This document shows, piece by piece, positions 13,030 through 25,223 of a DNA stretch of 64,000 nt. Position 1 is the first letter of the stretch, and every line of letters begins with the position of its first letter. The position numbers and the translations under genes were made by a program. The stretch lies in contig NW_024704742.1 in assembly GCF_018977255.1 (NCBI RefSeq), forward strand, positions 59,708,001-59,772,000, read 5' to 3'. The notes beneath the pieces were generated by a model. That model did no database searches and had not been told where the DNA came from. It saw nothing but the letters and a program-made list of their open reading frames with translations. The DNA comes from Callorhinchus milii (Eukaryota).

Positions 13030-15860
13030 AACTCACTGTCGAGAAAAATATCGACATCCTCGCCCTCACCGAAACCTGGGTCACCCCAGGCGATACCTTC
13101 CCACTAGTTGAGGCCACACCTCTAGGTTACACCTTTCACCAAACCCCACAGCCTATTCACCGTGGCGGTGGTATGACTCTCCTCTCCCGGTTCCCCCTCG
13201 GCCTTTCCCCTTTGTTCTCCAGAAACTTCCCCTCCTTTGAACACCTTACCTTCTACCACCCCGCCAGGTTTTCCTTCAAAATCCTCCTTCTTTACTGTCC
13301 TCCCAAGCCTTCCCCCACCTTCCTCTTGGACATCTCCACACTCCTATCTTCCCTCTCCCTCTGCTCTGAACGCTTTATTATCTTAGGCGACTTCAACCTC
13401 CACTTCACCCACTCCTGCTCTATCTCTGCCGACTTCTCCTCCCTCCTTCTCTTCCCTTAACCTCTCCCTCCTCATCTGCTCCCCCACCCATGACCATGGC
13501 CAGCCCCTTGACCTGGTGATCACCCGTGGCCTCACCATCTCGGACATCACCATCGTCGATAAAGCCATCTCGGACCACCACTTCATCTCCCTCAACACCT
13601 TAGTACCCCTTCCCCTTTACCAACCCTCTACCATTACACACCATCCATAGAAAAAAAATTCCTCCCTCTCCACTCCCCTGGAGTCATCTGAACTCCTACA
13701 CCTCTGGCCATTGCTGACCGATCTACCCTCTTCACTTTCCTTTCTCCACCACACCCTCTCCTCCATTCTGGACTCCCTTGCTCCCTCACCTCCCAAATTG
13801 CCTCATACTCCCGTAAATCCTCCTGGTACACCAGCCACTTCCATTCCCTCAAGGCACAAGTGCAAACTGCCGAACGCGTCTGGACCAAAACCAAACTAAC
13901 GGTCCATTGGCAGATTTGGCTTCACCACACCAAGACCTACTGCTGTGCTCTAGCCTCTGCCAAATACTTCTCCTACTCCAAGGTTATCTTGGAGGCAAAG
14001 GACAACCCCAGGCTTCACTTTTCCACCACTAACCGTCTCCTCTGTCCACCTTCCCACGGCTCGCCCATCTTCTCCTCAAACTCTAACTGTGAAAAGATGC
14101 TGGACTTCCTAGAATCTAAAATCGAGAGGATACGTTCAGCCACCTCAGCCCTGTCCACAGCCACCCCCACATCACCTCTCCCTCATGACCCAACCCCACC
14201 CATCGCCCCCTATACTCCTTTGACCCTATCTCTCCTTCCTACCTCACCACGACTGTCCACAAACTCAAACCCACCACCTGCTCCAGTGCCACCTTCTGGC
14301 CCCTCTCCTGTCCGATGTCATCACTCTCTCCTTGTCAACATGCCACCCCCCAAAAAACAGCAATCATCACCCCCATCCTGAAAAAACCTTTCCTGGATCC
14401 ATTCCTCCTCTCCATCTACCACCCCATCCCTAACCTCCCATTCCTCTCCAAGGTCCTGGAACAAGTCATCGTGTCCCAGCTCCACTCCTTTCTTTTTCAC
14501 CATTCCCTCTTTGAACCCCTCCAATCCAGCTTCCACGCTGCCCACAGCACGGAAACAGCCCGGGTCAAAGTCACTAATGACATTCTGAACATCTGTGATC
14601 AGCGCTCCCTCTGCCTCCTTGTCCTCCTCGACCTCTCTGCCACCTTCGACACTGTCGACCACTCCATCCTCATACACTGCTTCTCCACTTTACTCAATCT
14701 TCATGATTCTGCCCTTGCCTGGTTCGATTCCTATCTTTCTCAACGTCTCCACTTTGTTGCCTCTAACGGTTTCTCCTCCAGCCCCCGCACTGTCATGTCT
14801 AGCGTCCCACAGGGCTCTGTCCTTGGCTCTCTCCTCTTTAATATCTACATGCTCCCCCTTGGTGACATCATCCACAGACATGGGGTCAACTTCCACATGT
14901 ATGTGGATGATACCCAACTCTATCTTTCTGCCTCCATCCTCAACTCCAGGACCACTGCTGTCCTAACAGACTTCTATTGGACATCAAGTCCTGGATGAGG
15001 GCAAAGTTCCTACAGTTGAATGTGAACCAGACTGAGGTCCTCCTGATTGGCCAACGTCAGCGCCTCTGCACCTCAGGTTCTGGCAACATCAACCTCCATG
15101 GTTGCACACTACAACTCACCAACCAGTCAGGAACCCAGGTGTCTTGTTCGACACTCAACTGTCTTTTCTCCCCCACATTCAACCCATGACCCGCTCTGCT
15201 TTCCCTCACCTCCGTAACATCGCCCGAATCTGCCACTATCTCACCCCTCAGGCCGCTGATGTTCATGCCTTCATCACCTCCAGGCTCGACTGTGCAATCG
15301 CTCTGCTTGTCGGCCTTTCTAACTCCTCCCTCCACAGGCTGCAGATAATCTAGGACTTTGCAGCCCGTGTCCTCTCCCGCACCAAACTCCGTGACCCCAT
15401 CTCCCCCATTCTCGCCCGACTCCATTGGCTCCCTATCCTTCAGAGGATCCAGTTCAACATCCTGGTCCTGACATACAAAGCCCTCCATGGCCTCGCCCCA
15501 CCCTACCTCTGCAACCTCCTAACCCCCTACCAACCAGCCTGTTCCCTCCGCTCAGCCGGCTCTGGCCTGCTCCACATCCCCCGACCCACTCACCCCACCA
15601 TTGGCGGGAGAGCCTTCAGCCACTCTGACCCCAACCTCTCGAATTCCATCACCCAGTTACTCCTCCTCGCCCCCTCCTTAGCCTCCTTCAAGTTCCGCCT
15701 CAAGACCCTCCTCTTCGATCATGCCGTTCGCCACCCCCCTTCCCCTCCCCTCCTTTCTCCCCCCCGACCCCAGCTTGGGTCTGAAATGCTCTACACTGTC
15801 CAGCGCCTTGGGACATCCTCCTGACATGAAAGGCGCTATACAAATGTAATCTTGATGTTT
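13030..15860 (+). mobile_element. L2 LINE: nearly the whole ORF2 (APE endonuclease + RT) and 3' tail, frameshifted and inactive
   Basis: Endonuclease motifs DILALTETW and FIILGDFNLH. RT motifs [23 protein letters not shown] and FHMYVDDTQLY. C-terminal HAFITSRLD. Tail AGCGCCTTGGGACATCCTCCTGACATGAAAGGCGCT. Confidence 0.96.
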
Positions 15861-17448
15861 TTAATTTGGAAGTTGTTCTTAAGATCAGTTTCCTAATTAA
15901 AACAGAATTGATGAATTTTCCATAAATCTTTGAGATTTTGCACTTTTAAGATAAAATTGTGTTGCAGGATCAGTCTAGATGCAATGTCCTCCATCTAAAG
16001 CCTGGGACAGGAATGGAAGTTTTGCGGTGGAGGAAGTCATGTGCCTGAACAATTATGGGTTGTACTGAGGAACACTGACTTGCTGGAATGTAACAAAGAT
16101 GTATTTTGCAGTGACATCTGTGTTGTTAAAGCTGTGGGAGCATGATGTATTTGAATCGTTCACATAACAGCAGGGTTATGACTGCACTTGAAATGAAATA
16201 ACCTGCCGATCTCTCATTTCAAGTAAACTGGGTTAGTTTCTGCCGTAACCATGTCGGAGGCTGTTACTCTGTTTCTAAAGTTGGGAAAAACTTGAAAAAA
16301 GATTAAAGTGGGTTATGTGTTGGAGGTTTGTCTTATGCAAGACCCGACTCTGTTACAGGAAGATTGCGCTTTTGGACAGCTTCAACAATAATGTTGCTGA
16401 TGGGGAAAAATGATGGTTGACCTACAGTCAACTCTGAAGCACTGCAGTGTTAATGTAAATGACTGATGAATCAATGGATGCATACTGAGATTTTACACAT
16501 TGGAATCTAAAATTGTGTTATTTTGTGAAGGAAGTAGACCCAAGGGAACTTTGTACCAGATGTAGACTGTATCACAGCAGAGTTCCCTCAGGTCAGCGTG
16601 ATACATTTTTAGTTACTCGAAGATACATGAAATATCTCAGAGAGCTTTACAGTAATTAATGCCAAGCACAGTGAATGTTTTTCTGGGCAAAAAGGGCAGC
16701 AGAATATTTTGACAACATTATAGTTGCATAAACAGCTGTGAGGAGAATGGACAATTTTAACTGTATGATTGTAGGCCAAAGAACTGGAAGACACTCCTTT
16801 GTTTAATTAATCACAAAATCTTCTTTTAACATTCCCCTGAGTACAACCTCTAAACTGGCTAAACAGGACATTGTTTTAATGTTTCATTTGAAGAACAACA
16901 CCTTCGACAACGCAGGACAGCCACCCTAGATTATGAGCTTGGGCTCTTAAGTGGGGCTTCGCTTCATATTCTTCAGACCCAGAAGTGAGAGTGATAATGA
17001 CAGAGCCAAATATCTCCAATTACAAGTTTCCACAGCTTGACAATGATTGTCAAGTGCTTAAAGTGGGACATTTTCACCAATGTGCGGATTCAAATTGAGT
17101 GACACTTTTAAGCTAGCAAGCTATTGTATTTAACAGTGGCCACCAGTCAGGCTGACAGCGTTGAACCAAGTGCAGGTTCTCTTTAATTAAATTAGAAACC
17201 AATTGGTTTTGAGAGGATTGGATGCTGAAGGCAGGCAGCTGTTTAATCAAGGTTTCTGGAAGGACAGGTTTCATTTAATATTTAAGTTTAATATTTAAAT
17301 CTAAACTCATATCATCGCATTCACATCTGAGAGCTCAACATACAAGGTGCAGCGGTCAAACCCACACATATGATCGCTGCTGCAAGGAATATGGCCAAGC
17401 AGAGAAAGTTATTTGAAATTTAGCACATAATAATGTATCAATGAGGTC

Positions 17449-17808
17449 CTTGTATTTGCATTTTTTTGATATAGCGCCTTATCACGTCTTTGAGATGTCT
17501 AAAAGCGCTTCACAGAATATACTGTAAAGTGAATTGACTGTATACTTTGTGGGTGAAAAGCAGCAGCCAATTGCGCACAGGCGGTATCCCACAAACAGTC
17601 ATGAATTGAGTTAGCAATTTTTTTTGAAGGAATTATTACCCCCAGAAAAGTAATCTACCAATCGACTAACAACCGGGTTCCTACTTACTGCTAGGTAAAC
17701 GGAGGGGTGTGGAATAAGAAAAGGTGCCCAATGTTTCGCCCTGCCAGGAATTGAACCCAGGTCTCTCGCTTGCAAGGCAAGTGCTCCAACTACTAAGCTA
17801 CAGGACTC
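17449..17808 (-). mobile_element. tRNA-derived SINE, long form, full length
   Basis: Same head as the young SINE plus the extra ~60 bp block GTTTACCTAGCAGTAAGTAGGAACCCGGTTGTTAGTCGATTGG. Confidence 0.9.
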
Positions 17809-18274
17809 ACCCACACACAAAAAATCCCTGTGGACCCCAGCACCTCCTTGTACCTCTGATCTGCTCACACCCCACTCCTCTGTCCATCCCCTACACTCAG
17901 CTAAAAAGCAAGCTGTGCATCCACAACCCCTCTATACAACCATCCATGGCTGAGCCTTCAGCCATTACACCCCAATCTTTGGAATTCCCTGCCTCTATTC
18001 CTCCGTCTCACCTCACCCCCTATCCATCCATCTTTAAGAACAGACCTTAAAACCTATTTCTTAGCCTATGGTCACCTCCCTATTACTCCCTGCTGGCATC
18101 AAACCTCAGCACTGTGAAGCTCCAAGATATCCTACGGAAAGGGCCACAGTATATATGCATATATATAAATGTTATTCTACATCAATGGCCATGTATGGCT
18201 GTGCATTCCACAGTCTTATAACCCTTTTTGTGACTTGAATGATCCTTTTATGAGTTCCCATGACTTGCACTTGT

Positions 18275-18445
18275 GGTTCTTCTGCCCCTCCATGTGCTGC
18301 CAAAGTGCCAGGCTGGACAGTCTGTTATTAGCAGTGCCTCGGAAAACTGAAGACTCGTCTGGCTCAGCAACTAAGAACCGTGACTGACAGGTACCACTGA
18401 GTGGATTTTAACATTCCGTTGCCAAACTTTGGAACCAGCCCAGTC
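18275..18445 (+). repeat. Family X copy
   Basis: TTCTGCCCCTCCATGTGCTG…AGCAGTGCCT…GACTCGTCTGGCTCAGCAAC…CATTCCGTTGCCAAAC aligns with 33260-33420. Confidence 0.7.
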
Positions 18446-18770
18446 AGATCATCAATGGTAAAATGATGTGCATATACCAACAATATGGTAACAATAGTGG
18501 AGCATATTGTGTAACACACAGAAATGTTTTGGTTGTGATGCTGCCAGGCCTTATTCCTTGTTAAAGATGTTTAATTGCTCATTAATGGCCTGTCTGAATG
18601 ACTGTGCTTGTTTGAATAATGCCAATCTATTTGAATTTAATTTGTGTGGAAGGCAGACAAAGGCTTACCAGAGATCAGTTTTGCTTGAAATGTTAAGATT
18701 TGCAATGCAAACTTGTTGTTGAGAAATCCTGCTATTTATCTCCGATTCAATCATCTATATTTTCAAATGA

Positions 18771-19007
18771 AATAATAATAATAATCCTTGCTTTTAATAT
18801 AGCGCTTTTCACGTCTTCTAGACGTCCCAAAGCGCTTCACAGAATATACTGTAAAGTGAATTGACTGTATATTTGTGGGCGAATGCAGCAGCCAATTGCG
18901 CACAGCAATGTCCCACAAACAGTCATGGATTGAAAATGACCAATTTATTATTGTTTTTTTTGGAGGGATTATTATTAGGCGTGTGGAGTAAGGAAACTTG
19001 CCCAAGG
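18771..19007 (-). mobile_element. Young SINE, short form, 5'-truncated with no tRNA head
   Basis: Near-identical to the body of the 59666-59981 copy and ends at CCTTGGGCAAG. Confidence 0.93.
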
Positions 19008-19169
19008 AAAGATATGACATCTATTTATTTTAGTAAAATTATCATTGTCTGCCCAATCAACGCCTCATAAATTCTGCATCAAACCAATGGCCTTGTATTG
19101 CAGTGCATTCCACAGTCTTACACATCTTTTTATGATTTGCATGACCCTTTTTATGACTTCCCATGAATT

Positions 19170-19682
19170 GCATCTTCGGCGTCAGGTTCGACCCCCAATT
19201 ATCCTTCCCCCCCACATCCGGTCCCTCACCAGCATTGCTTTCTTCCACCTCTGACGCATCACCCGTCTCCGCCAATACCTCTCTCCGAAAGCCGATAAAA
19301 CCCTGGTCCATGCCTTTGTCACCTCTCGGCTGGACTATTCTAATGCCCTCCTCTCCGGCCTCCCCTCCACTACCATCCATAAAATCCAGATCATTCAAAA
19401 CTCTGCCGCCCGCATTCTCACCCGCACGAAACTCGGCTCCCCGATCACCCCAGTCCTTGCCAGACTGCACTGGCTGGCTGTCCCAGAGAGGATCGACTTC
19501 AAGATCCTCACTCTTGTCTTCAAATCCCTCCACTCCTCTGACCCCCTACCTCTCTGTCCTCCTCTCTCCTCAAAACAGTGTCCGTTGCCTTCGTTCCTCC
19601 TGGTCTGGCCTCCTCCGTTACTGTGAAGTGCTCTGAGAAGCCGTCCGGCGTGGATGGCGCTATATAAATCCAAGTTGTTGTG
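19170..19682 (+). mobile_element. L2 LINE C-terminal fragment ending in a second tail type
   Basis: [20 protein letters not shown] sequence. Tail GTGCTCTGAGAAGCCGTCCGGCGTGGATGGCGCTATATAAATCCAAGTTGTTG. Confidence 0.88.
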
Positions 19683-19939
19683 GTTGCATCTGTAAGAATC
19701 TGGTAATTAGCCTTTGACAGACACTTTTGCTTTATGAAGTTTTCAATAAAGTAATGAGACACTCAATGTCTTCTGAGTCTCGCTATCACCATTGCACTTT
19801 CTGTACAGTAGAATATCTTTGTTTCTAGTACAGTGATAGGAGAATGTGAACATCTTAAGAATGAAGCCAAGCACATTTACTGCATTTCACTTGAATCTTA
19901 TTTATCATATGAAATCTGGTGGTGAAATAGCATTAAAAC

Positions 19940-20130
19940 ACTAAGGAGAATTGACAGAGTAGTTAAGAGAACTATTCTTTCCTCTAGTAGGAACACCCAG
20001 AACAAAGGGACCTAATATTAAAATTTTAACCAGTTAAAAATGGATCCAGATAACATTTCTTCACAAAGAAAGGATTGTAAGAGTGTAAAATGCACTGCCA
20101 TGGAAGGCCATTCATGCAGAATTTATAAGG
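19940..20130 (+). mobile_element. CR1 LINE 3' fragment, old
   Basis: AGAACAAAGGGAC…TTTCTTCACAAAGAAAGGATTGTAAGAGTGTAAAATGCACTGCC resembles the end of CR1 ORF2. Confidence 0.6.
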
Positions 20131-20479
20131 CATTTATTAGGAAGATAATGGTAATCCTTGCATTTGATACAGCGCTTTATCACGTCATCAAAATGTCTCA
20201 AAGTGCTTCGCAGGATTTACTGTAAAATGGACTGATTAAGTATTTGTTGGCTAACACAACAGCCAATTTGTGCATAGCAGAGTCCCACAAAGAGTCATGA
20301 AGTGATGATCAATTCTATTGGAGGTAGATTGGTACTTGGAAATTAAGGTTATGAGGAAAACAAATAAAAGTGGGATTAAAGAGAGAAAAAGCTGGTGAGA
20401 ACAAATTGAATGGTAGAATAGGTTCAATCAACGGGAAGAATTCTTGTCCGCAATGACTGATCTGTATCTCCAAGTCCTG

Positions 20480-20650
20480 CCAATGATCCCGGCTGGCTGA
20501 CCTGCATTCAGCAGTACCCTAGAGTACTGTAGACATGCCTGGCTCAGGAACTCCAGACTACTGAGACTGCCACAGAAGGCTGAGCCGATTCCGACATTCT
20601 GTTGCCAAGCACGTTATCTTGGAGCCAGTTCAGGTCCTAGAAGACACTGC
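20480..20650 (+). repeat. Family X copy
   Basis: CAGCAGTACCCTAGAGTACTGTAGACATGCCTGGCTCAGGAAC…GTTGCCAAGCACGTTATCTTGGAGCC. Confidence 0.75.
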
Positions 20651-21737
20651 ATGCCTTGACCACAAGCTGATTGTACAACACTTGGAATTTACTTTTCTAT
20701 AGCACTCTTATAAACGTTCAGTTCAGCAATAGGGAATTTTTGTCTTCAACATTTTTACGTCCTTAATTCATCACATTGGAAGTCAGTAACAGTTGGTGAG
20801 TTATCCCTTAGCAAAGCTCCACTTACTATTGTAGCTGCACTTTATCATTGCAATCCAGGAGGCTTCGTTCCAAAATATCAGTATGGAGTTATTGTCCTTG
20901 TACACCTATATTCCAATTAAGTTTTGGTTTTATTTTCCATACAGCCCCTTAAATTGAAAATGCATTGAGTGATTGGTATTGTTTGCAGAGAAATCTGAAA
21001 TAATTTGAAGTAGAGGAGCTGAAAGACCCTTTTAACCCTTGATATTTACAACCATTCAATTCATGATATGCATTAAAATGTGAACTTTATGTGAAAAAGT
21101 TAAGAGAAATATGTTGTGCAGGTTTGATTTTGATAGCTTTTAAATATAGGAGAATGCATTTATGTTCCTACATTCAATTTTCATTGACACAATTTCAAAT
21201 GAAATACATTCTACAGTTGATTTTTCTCATATTTGAGCACAGAGAATTTTGTTTCCAAAAAGCTCACATTAAAATTTGATTAAATGCAGTAATCTGCAAT
21301 AAAGCCTAATAAAAGTAAGATCCTATCCACATACTGATGAACAGCTGTACTGCATCTGAGGTACTTATTACTGAGTGAACTAAAACACATAGTTTAGCAT
21401 TAATCAAATATTTATCCTGCTTAATTTTTTTTACATTTTTATTTCTATATAAGAAAAGACCTCCAGTAAAATGCAACAAAATAACCTATTATGCATGATG
21501 TCGATGTTTCCTACACATTTCCAAAAGTTGGTAAACTCACTTTTGGCTAAAATATTGACTTTTTCATTGTTTACGATTAAAGGAGGATTTGAAAGAGGTG
21601 ATTTTAGTACCTGTGAAAGTTAGCAGTGAATGTCTTCTTTCCATTGAAAGTCATGGCAATGAAGCCAGTGCTCTTCTTAATTTGCATTGTCAACTACTTG
21701 AAGAAGGAGTTCTATATTCTATGCACTTTACTTCAAC

Positions 21738-22802
21738 AGTGGCAGCCTGGCCCAGTTGGTAGCACTCTCGTACCTGGGTCAGAAGGTTGTGGGTTCACGC
21801 TTCATGGCAGGATTTTATTTGATAATATCTAAATAATAATCCTTGTACTTGATATAGCGCCTCATCACTTCATTAAGACATATCAAAATACTTCACAGGT
21901 TATACTATAAAGTACTATGACTGTGTGTATTTTGTAGCCAAATGCAGAAAGACAATCCACATACTGCGATATCCCAGAAACAACTAAGGAGTGAGTGACT
22001 AATTTTATTTTGGGGGGATTTTTGGCCAGGAAACTAGGGAAACTCACTTCTTTTGAACAGTGTCACAGGATGTTTAATGTCATCATCATATTGCTTGCAT
22101 TTGACAGAGCAACTTTCACATCAGGAGGATGTCCCAAAGTGCTTTACATGATATATTGTAAAGTGGAGTGACTGTGTGTTTTGTGGGCAAATACAGCAGC
22201 CAAGTTGCGCGCAGCAATGTTCCACAGACAGCAATGACGTGAGTGACAAATTTTATTAGAGATTTTTGGTCAGGACACCACAAGCAACTCCCTTCTCTTT
22301 TCGAATACTGCTGTGGGATCTTTAGCGTCCACCTGGATAGGCAGATGGGACCTTAATTTTCAATGTCTCATCCAAAGGATGACACCACCCTAAGCACTGC
22401 ACTGGAGTGTCAGCATGGACTAAATGGGATAAGTCCCGATGTGGAGCTTGAAAACCACTACCTTAGCTTGACTCAGAGTGACTCAGAGAGTGCTACAAAC
22501 TGAGCCAGGCAGACTTTGAGCTCATATAGTCAAAGCTGATCCTCCAATGCAATGCTGGGAGGATGTGCTGCATAATCAGAGAAGCTGTCCTTTGGATGCA
22601 ACATTAAACTGAGGTCCTATCTTCCTGTTCAGATGGCACTATCGAAAAGAGAAGGGAGCTCTAATTTTGTCTGGCCAGCAATCCCCCAGCGCTTTTTGTC
22701 CTCAAAATACAGTCACTGCACATTGCAGTAAATCTTATGAAGTGTTTGAGATGTTTTCCCAAAGTGAAAAGCGTTATATCAAAAGGAAGGATTATTTTAT
22801 TT
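21738..22802. mobile_element. Cluster of four old DeuSINE pieces: + head 21738-21830; - 21833-22080; - full length 22085-22512; + 22515-22802
   Basis: SacSINE1-like head CAGCCTGGCTCAGTTGGTAGCACTCT…GTCAGAAGGTTGTGGGTTC, Deu-domain-like GGATGAGACATT…CAGGTGGACGCTAAAGATCCC and L2-like tails. Confidence 0.82.
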
Positions 22803-24454
22803 TAAGAAGTGTAGTATAAAGCCAGCAAAGTGGAGAAGCAACAACCCTACCTCAACCCCAAGTCTACAATCTTGCCCATGCCGTGGTAAAATGTTTTTTT
22901 GGTATGCATTTGTATGTAATTCCCCTGTTAAATTATCTAATATCAGTTTAATTAATTATCAGTAGGTGTTGGAGGGCGTCGAGCACCATTATGCCTTTAT
23001 GTTATTTCTCCAGGCTATTTATGAGACAATGGATAAAACTCCTTTTTGTGATCAGTATACCTAAACCCTAGCTGACATTTTAATGTGTCAATCTTGGTTT
23101 CAGACATGATAATGATGCCCTTTAATGAACAGCCTGTCACCAAAGGGGCTCGTTATGAAGGATAGTCATTCGAGAATGGTTTGGATGTCTTAACCTACCT
23201 TAAAAATTTAATTTGCAATACAAATAATAGGTTATTAACCCAACCTGCAATTTTAGACTTCATTGGATTGTTGTATATATACATTAATGCAGAACCAGTA
23301 TTATTTAAAGTGTAAAGTCAGCAATGTAATGAAACGTTTTTAAACGTGAATATAAAATTTTTATATATTGATATATCACGATTAATATTATATATTCGGC
23401 ATTAATCCTTATGTTTTACTCATATAGTAATAATAATAATGCTTACATTTGTTATAGCGCCTTTCATGTCATATCTCAAAGCACTTCACAGAATTTACTG
23501 TACATTGGAGTTTCTGTAAATTGGAGTGACTGCAAGTTATGGGCAAACCTTTTCGAGGAATGTTTTAAAGTAACACAGGGTCACAAAAAATTACAGGATA
23601 TGACTCTCATTCATTACCCTTCATATAAAGTTCCCAGCTTATCAGTTGCTAGAACAGAAGGAGTTAAACCAACTTCAAAATAGGAGTCAGATACAAAATC
23701 TTGTGGGTGATGCATTTAAATATAGAGCATGTGATGAATGTGCTGGCATTATCAGATTGTACAGCACCAGATAACTCTCATAGAGATAATGGCTTAATTA
23801 ATTATTAAGTTTTTGAGTAGTGGAACTGCAGATGTGTCATTATAAATAATAGAACATTTTGTGAGTAGGATTCATAATTAACAGATTAACACACGCTGAC
23901 CACATCAAATCAAGGAGTGGAAACTCTAAATTAAATATAAATACCAATTTTTGAAGGGACAGGTTTAAGAAAAGTTAATTTTTTTCTCTATAGAACATAG
24001 GAGATTGAGCAAGGCTTGACAGGGGTATTCAAGATTATGAAGATCTTGGAAAATGCAGATTAAGTTTATTTTCTCTGCCAAAATAAGACAATAAAAAAAT
24101 ACTAAATTTGGGATAAGAATTGTAGGAAGAGAAAACTTCAAAGGGCTTAAAAAAGAAGCTAGATACATTCATAACATGAAATAACAAGATAGTGTACCTG
24201 TCATGCTGGACATTTTACTTTTAACAATTAGGTTGCAGTGAACTCAAAAATCAAGTTTGTTAATGGAAATGTGTTCTAATGAGTCTAAAGATATGGCTAT
24301 ATAACTGAAGGTGTGGATAATAGATTGAAGATCTCTTTGAAACCAGAGCAATCCCACATAAAATTGCCTTTATTGCAGAAGAGTGAAATAGTCTACAATG
24401 AAAAGATTGATTTCAGTCTTTCTCTGAGGTTACAGTATATTTTAATGGGCCTTT

Positions 24455-24665
24455 ATTGTCGTGTATTACATGGAAACCAAATGCTTCACCTTGCTTCAGA
24501 ATATCCAAACCAATCAGAGCTCTATGCATCCCACATGTACATGGGAATTCCAGAGATTTTATTGGAATGGAATACGCACTCTTTCCCTGAAGAGGCGTAT
24601 CCTGGTTTCCTAATTCTGGAAAGTATTAGGTGCAGGTTGGTAGGATCCAAGGCTTGGGGTTCCCA
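24455..24665 (+). repeat. Family X 5' segment
   Basis: GAATATCCAAACCAATCAGAG…CTAATTCTGGAAAGTATTAGG…CCAAGGCTTGGGG matches 32900-33120 and 55100-55740. Confidence 0.6.
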
Positions 24666-24910
24666 TTATTATCTGAAAAATGGGGATTGATGAATGAGAT
24701 GATTATCTCTAGAAATCAAAGTACACGCAGAGAAATGTCTCCATGAAAATTTAGTTTGAGTGAAGTTTATAAAGGATAGTTTTTTCATATCCTTAAGAGT
24801 GGGCTTACTTACAAATAGCTTGACATAATTCCAATACCAACTAGACAAACTGACACTTGACATTGAGATATACAATTTAACTTAGAAACGTAAAAGATAA
24901 CTACTACTAC

Positions 24911-25223
24911 TAATAATAATCCTTGCATTCGATATCACGCTTTTCACATCGGGAGGATGTCCCAAAGCGCTTCACAGAACACACTGTAAAGTGAATTGAC
25001 TGTATATATTTGTAGGCGAACGCAGCAGCCAATTGCGCACAGCAATGTCCCACAAACATCGTAGATTGAAAATGACCAATTTATTATTGTTTTTGATTTT
25101 GGAGGGGTTATTAGGCGTGTGGAGTAAGGAAACTTGCCCAAGGTTTCGCCCTCTGCCTGGAATTGAACTCAGGTCTCTCACTTGCAAAGCGAGTGCTCTA
25201 ACCACTGAGCTACAAGACTCCAC
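24911..25223 (-). mobile_element. Young SINE, short form, full length
   Basis: Near-identical to the other young copies, with an (ATT)n(AGT)n tail. Confidence 0.95.

Noticed and set aside
21608..21760. Open frame after TTTTAG (VPVKVSSECLLSIESHG…)
   Set aside because: It has no donor, runs into a SINE head and gives no recognisable peptide.
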